A stretch of DNA of 51,052 nucleotides from NCBI GenBank assembly GCA_033442325.1, contig JAWQFM010000036.1, positions 252,506 to 303,557 on the forward strand, in the 5' to 3' direction. Both the position numbers and the translations under genes were made by a program. Shown piece after piece: positions 45,877 through 51,052 of the stretch. Numbering within the stretch: position 1 is the stretch's first letter; each line of letters starts with the position of its first letter. The notes under the pieces were generated by a model, which worked only from the letters and a program-made list of their open reading frames with translations, did not search any database and was not told the DNA's origin. The stretch is from Salpingoeca rosetta (Eukaryota > Protista > Choanoflagellata).

Positions 45877-45911
45877 GCGTGTATGTGTGTGTGTGTGTGT
45901 GGGTGGGTAAG

Positions 45912-45994
<83 letters not shown>

Positions 45995-46575
45995 TCTGTG
46001 TTGATCGTCAACAGGTCGTCACTGTTGCTGCTTCGCAGATAATTGCGGAAAGACACGGCTGTTTTTCAGGAACCATCAGCAGTGGTGTGGCCATCACAGC
46101 AGACAGAAGAACAGACGACAGCCTGATAGCATGAACGCTTGAACAGACTGACAGTTGAACGTGCATCCAGCAAATCCAAGACCTCCACACATGTTTAGAA
46201 GCAAGAATAGTTGAGGAGACAACACTGTGACACGTAAGCGAAAGAAGAAAGAACAAGAACATTGAACAGCAAGACCAAAGACATTCAAGCAAATCAACAC
46301 AACACGCGTTGTAGTTGCGTGAGTGGTGTTTTGGTGTGGATGATCAAGTTTTTCAGTGGGCACAGCACACCTCAAAGTCCAACAAAACCACCACAGGTCG
46401 ATAGCACTGATGCACTGATGAAACACAACCAACTGAAGCAGCAAACAGCGTCATACCAACAACGGCACCGTGTGCCGCCAAGGCCTCAGGCAAGCGATGC
46501 TGTTTTTTTCAAACGCCAACACCATGCGCACCAACCACCTGCTGCACACCGTCACCGTTGTCGCCAGATGAAACG

Positions 46576-48929
46576 TCATGGCATTTCCTCCTCAAGATAG
46601 CCCAGAACTTGCAGTGCAGCACCTGTTATTGCTGTGGTTTTATCACCCAGCTCAGAAATGTTGCAGTGTGCTATCTCTGTCTGGTCAAGCATGAATTCAA
46701 TCAACTGTTTCGGGGTCCACTCTTTGCTGTACTTTTGCACTTCATTCTTGGTCAAGATGCTGTTGTCCAGAAGTACTTTCTCCGCCTCTTCACTGGTGGC
46801 CTGGTGTTGCTCATCAGGAAGATGATCAATGCGTTCCATGGGGAAGCTGCCGTACGCACTGAAAGCCCTCGACGAGTGCATGCCTGGTTCAGAGCTGCCA
46901 ACCGCGATGGGGAAGATCTTGATCTTGTTTTTCCTGCGCAGCTCGTACGCGATGATGTACTCCAAAAGCACATTGTCGGGGGACTTCCCGCCCTTATCGC
47001 CTATCGCATGTTCTCCGGTTTCTAGGGCAGCCATCTGCCCAGCAGATCCTCGCATCCAAGGGTTGTGTTCATTATCCATGTGCCAGGAGACGATGGGCAC
47101 AAACAAAGCGCTCTTCTTCAGGCCATCGATAAAGCCGGCCTTCCATGACCGCCCACCTTTCAAGGATTTGATGTCAAGGAACACGTGCACTGGGTTCGAT
47201 TGGCCAAGATACTTGGGGCTGGCCTCCACAAGCTCTTGCCACAGGCGACTGGCCAGCAGCTTATCGGTTGCCTGGCGGTAGCTGATGAAGATCGAGTCAT
47301 CTGCCTGCCAAAACTCGCGCCTGAACACTGCCTTGAAGATGAGGATGCAGAGCACCCCGCCCCAGCATCCGAAGAACAGCATCATCGCTGAAAACATAAC
47401 GTTCGGCTCAACGAACTTTGCAGCATCCGACACAAACACGGCCGTTTCCTGCGTGGAGAACACGCTTGCAAAGACCATGACGCACGAAAATGACGCAGTC
47501 ACCACCAGCATGTTGGTGCTGACAGTCAGCAAGCCGCCGCGGCATTGCAGCATGCGAACAATTGTAAGGCGGCCCGTGGCAAACTCCAAGATCCACCACA
47601 TGAAAGCGAACAGTATGTGGCAGGAGAGAATGAGGCAGCCGAGAAACCGCAGCCGCAGGTGTCCGTTCAAGAATTCAATGTCTGACGTCCATTCTGGTGG
47701 CGAGTTGTCCTCAGGGACGACTCGCAAAGGGATGCACGGCAGGGTGGCATATGCGAATGCAATAAAGAAGGCCCACAAGAAAACCTGCGCGAGCAGTGCG
47801 CCGCCACCAGTGATCATGACGCCAACCATGATGGACCGAACGCGGCTCGGGTCGCTTTGCTCGTAGCGCACCGAGATCATCTCTTGAACCGTCTGCAGCA
47901 CGCTGACGAGTAGGAGGACCAATGCGCCGGTCCCCCATCCAATGAGGTAACGTTCAACGGAAGAACTTTGTGTCAGCACCACCACAGACACGGTGCCGCA
48001 CGTGCCTGCCACGCTGATGACGTAGAGTGCCCACTGACCCCATGTGGCGCGACGCTGCTCGCCTTCGCCGTATCCAAGCCATGTCGATGTGCGCACAAGC
48101 CATACAACGGATCGCCTGATCGCAATGCACACACCAATGAGCGTCAAACGTTTGCGGTTTGTATTGGTTGCTTCAGAATCGTTCGGTGTGTCATCTGCGG
48201 CAGCTGCAGCCTGTGGGTCTGCGTCAACGTCGCAGTAGCTTCTCTCGGCAGAATCGAAGCATTGCTCATCGGTCTGTTCGGTTCCATCGCTCTTGCTTTG
48301 CTTGGATTGCGGGCTGTTGTTTTCATCTTTTGACTCCTTTCCACGGGATTCATCACAGCGCATCTCGCTGTACAAGATGAGGAGGCGCGACCAAGCGGAA
48401 GTGACGGATGCGATGAGGAGAGCTACGCCAGTAATCGGGATGAGCAAACAGCACGCGTATAGGTGTGAGCTCGTTTGGATCAGAAGGGCCGTGGTCTTGT
48501 TAAAGAACGGGGCTGGAAGCAGGGCTTGGCTGTTGAACTTGCACTTGCACTATTGCTGCTGTTGCTGCTGTTGCTGCTGGTGGTGTTGGTTGGTGAGCTT
48601 TCGCAAGCCTTGTCTGTTTTTTGTATGAAGCCAGCTAGCAGAGAAAACGCCAAAATCAAGGCCAAAGAAACGAGCAACCACTGGAGCAGCAGCAAGCCTT
48701 TGACGCCCACTTTGCGCCTCTTATGCAGTTTTGTGCTCAAGGCATCCCACTCCTTGCTGTTGGCGGCCCTGTTCGGTGATTCATGTTCGGAGGTTCTGTG
48801 GGAGGGTTTCGAATCAAAGGTCCCAGTCACAGTGCTTCTGGTCCTGATGGTTTGGTTGTCATCAGTTCTTGACCTCTTCACATGCAAGAGCTCAAATTCT
48901 TCACGGTGGCAAGAGCTGAGCAGTGGTTC
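46576..48929 (-). CDS. Multi-pass membrane protein with C-terminal TIR (TIR_2/SARM-like) domain; apparent frame change at ~48480-48550; further 5' exon(s) near 49190 uncertain
   Basis: About 7-9 hydrophobic segments, then IFISYRQATDKLLASRLWQEL...VFLDIKSLKGGRSWKAGFIDGLKKSALFVPIVS...DNVLLEYIIA...KIFPI. An acceptor at 48930 opens the upstream frame, which contains one more TM segment. Confidence 0.82.
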
Positions 48930-50900
48930 CTGTAAGCTATTGCCGTGCAGTGTTGGGCGAACAGAAGGACAGGGTGTGAGCTGCTGAAAGGCGAGAAGAC
49001 GAAATTGTATGTGTGTGTGTGTGGGGGGGGGGGGTGATTGTACTGTGCTGTGGCAGGCTTAAGTGCATGTGCATCTCCTCTACTATATGTAGGAATGCAT
49101 GCCAAGCAAAAGCATCCATTCAGGTAACACCGAGAGGCTACTCAAAAGCACAACAATGAAAGCACAAACCCACACAGGACTCATACCCATCTCATTATTC
49201 TCATCATCCACCTTGAGTTTGACATGCTGGCTTGTGGTTCTCTTGTTGTGTGGTTCTCCTGGTGTGCTTCTTGGTTTGAGGAGTTTGTGGCAATGTGGAA
49301 ATGACCATGCCTATGCGGGTGTTTGTGTGCTGCTCCCCCGCACCGCATTGTTTCACAAAGGCCGTTTTCCCCGCACTGCACACGCACCACCACTCGGCAT
49401 GGTACGGATTGATGTCCCTCGTTTTGGCCAATTTGTCCCATCAAGCAACTGCCAAAATGTGCAGTTTGAGTGGAAGATGCAGCTAACCATCGTGAAACAA
49501 AGAGACGGTGAAACAAGGGCAAAGGTTGCAAAACGCCTAAACGTGCGTGAGCAAGGATGATTCACGCACACCCACCACGACCAACTGTGGGAAGGTGGAA
49601 GGCTGATGCTCCAAGAGCAGTGCTGCCTTGCTGCCAAGCTCTCTTTCTTTGTTCTCGTCTCGTCGAGTGCTCTGCACTGACACCACAACATCAAACAAAA
49701 CAAGAAACAAACAGAACCAAGCACTCAACTGAAAGCATTTTACAACCAGTTTCCTTATCCATCAGACCAACCTCAGCGCTCACCTACTCCTGCAGAGAGC
49801 ACGGCGCGATGCCGAGGTGACATGATGTGGCCACGCACAGAGAGATGGAGGGAGAGAGCGCGGGTGTGCGTGGTGTCTATCTTGTTGTCGTGTTGGGAGT
49901 GTCACGTTGATGGGTCGTGCTGTGAAGAAGAATGGAGGGGGCGATGGGAGCAGCCATCGTCTGCGTTTCGGCGCTTTTCATCATGCGCAAAATGCGCCAG
50001 TTCATGTGCACTTGTACACTCGCACCATCCACACTCACACTTGTGCTTTCACCACACAACAAAACACACAACATATCAGAGCACGGATTTTCAGGCGACT
50101 GCAAAGGTCACATACAACTTCCAAGCAAACGAACCTTTTCACCTCCAGTGTTGTGTGAAATGCTGACTCAGCTTTCACACAACATACCCAACCACTTGCA
50201 TGCATGCAATCTTACATCAACTTGCACGCATGCAAGATGGCTGCCACGTGTACTTGTTGTTCACCTGTCTCACTTGTTGTTCACCTGTCTCACTTGTTGT
50301 TTGTTCACTTGATGTTTGTTTGATTCATTCACCTCTCGTCTTGTCTACTTTCACATTACACTACTTACACTACCGACATCTCGGTACAACACTTGGTAGC
50401 GATTTCGGTTTGGTGTTGCTGGGCTCTCCCACGCACCACAATCCGCCCCTCCGGGCATCGACCCTTCTTTTCTCCACACGCAAACACACACGGACGCACG
50501 TTCACATCGTCCACGAGCGTGCTCGTCATCACACGCGTGTCTGTGCTCTCGCTTTGTTCTTTGTTGAAAGCACGTATTTGGTGTCGCGTCACCCTGTATC
50601 TTCGCGCGCGTCGCCCCACATACACACTCGTGTTGATCGTATCTTCTTCTTACGCCGGCTGTGTTGTGCTGTTGTTGCCCGCGTTTACTTTTCCTCTTGC
50701 TCACTGTTCCTTTTGTGAGCCAACGCGTTGTCTCTCACGCCTGTGGTTTTGGTCGCCTTGTATCTGGTGGTTCGTAGGTTTCGTTTGCGGCCGTCTTCTG
50801 TTTTGGCGCCAAAACTTGCTTCGAGTCCCTCAAACTCTGCTTGCTTCATAACGCTGCACGCACCTTCGTGCATTGCCTTGTCCATACTCTGTACTCCATC

Positions 50901-51052
50901 ATGGAGCCAACGCCGCGTGTGCTACGCGACACTGCAGCACGGCAGGCACGACGAGCCGATGCCTCGCTGCGTGCCGAACAGGCGGCGCCTGACCGCACAG
51001 CGGACGTGTCCCGTGAACCAGTGGCTTCGCGCCGCTCTACGCCATCGCTTGA
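50901..51052 (+). CDS. Possible start of a downstream gene, truncated by the window end
   Basis: ATG at 50901 after a pyrimidine-rich region; GC-rich frame MEPTPRVLRDTAARQARR... stays open to the end. Confidence 0.3.
   Translation, partial: MEPTPRVLRDTAARQARRADASLRAEQAAPDRTADVSREPVASRRSTPSL

Noticed and set aside
45877-46056. N-terminal 60 aa of the 861-aa ORF
   Set aside because: It consists of a (CA)n tract; the Met at 45876 is the more plausible start.

Overview
Eukaryotic genomic DNA with GT-AG introns packed with (CA)n/(GT)n microsatellites, poly-Q/poly-T coding tracts and four N-gaps. The style suggests a choanoflagellate such as Salpingoeca; this is inference, not a database match. 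Most short ORFs in the track are microsatellite or antisense artefacts. Supported genes are: a low-complexity protein (1.3-2.9 kb); a 10-exon receptor with a periplasmic-binding-protein-like ectodomain, TM helix, intact kinase and guanylyl cyclase (20.5-26.8 kb); a Q-rich bHLH-like protein; a CCHC-knuckle plus C2H2 zinc-finger protein; a convergent pair of intronless F-box/LRR-like paralogs; and a multi-pass membrane protein ending in a TIR domain. The main observation is a cluster of at least three paralogous genes (29.6-41.0 kb) for secreted Cys-rich, poly-Thr mucin-like proteins. Two of them visibly end in a Hedgehog-type Hint plus sterol-recognition-like (Hog) module with non-canonical catalytic residues. 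The third is recognisable only from four small exons and runs into a gap. Also present are a 762-bp-period tandem duplication and several clusters of frameshifts that look like sequencing errors.
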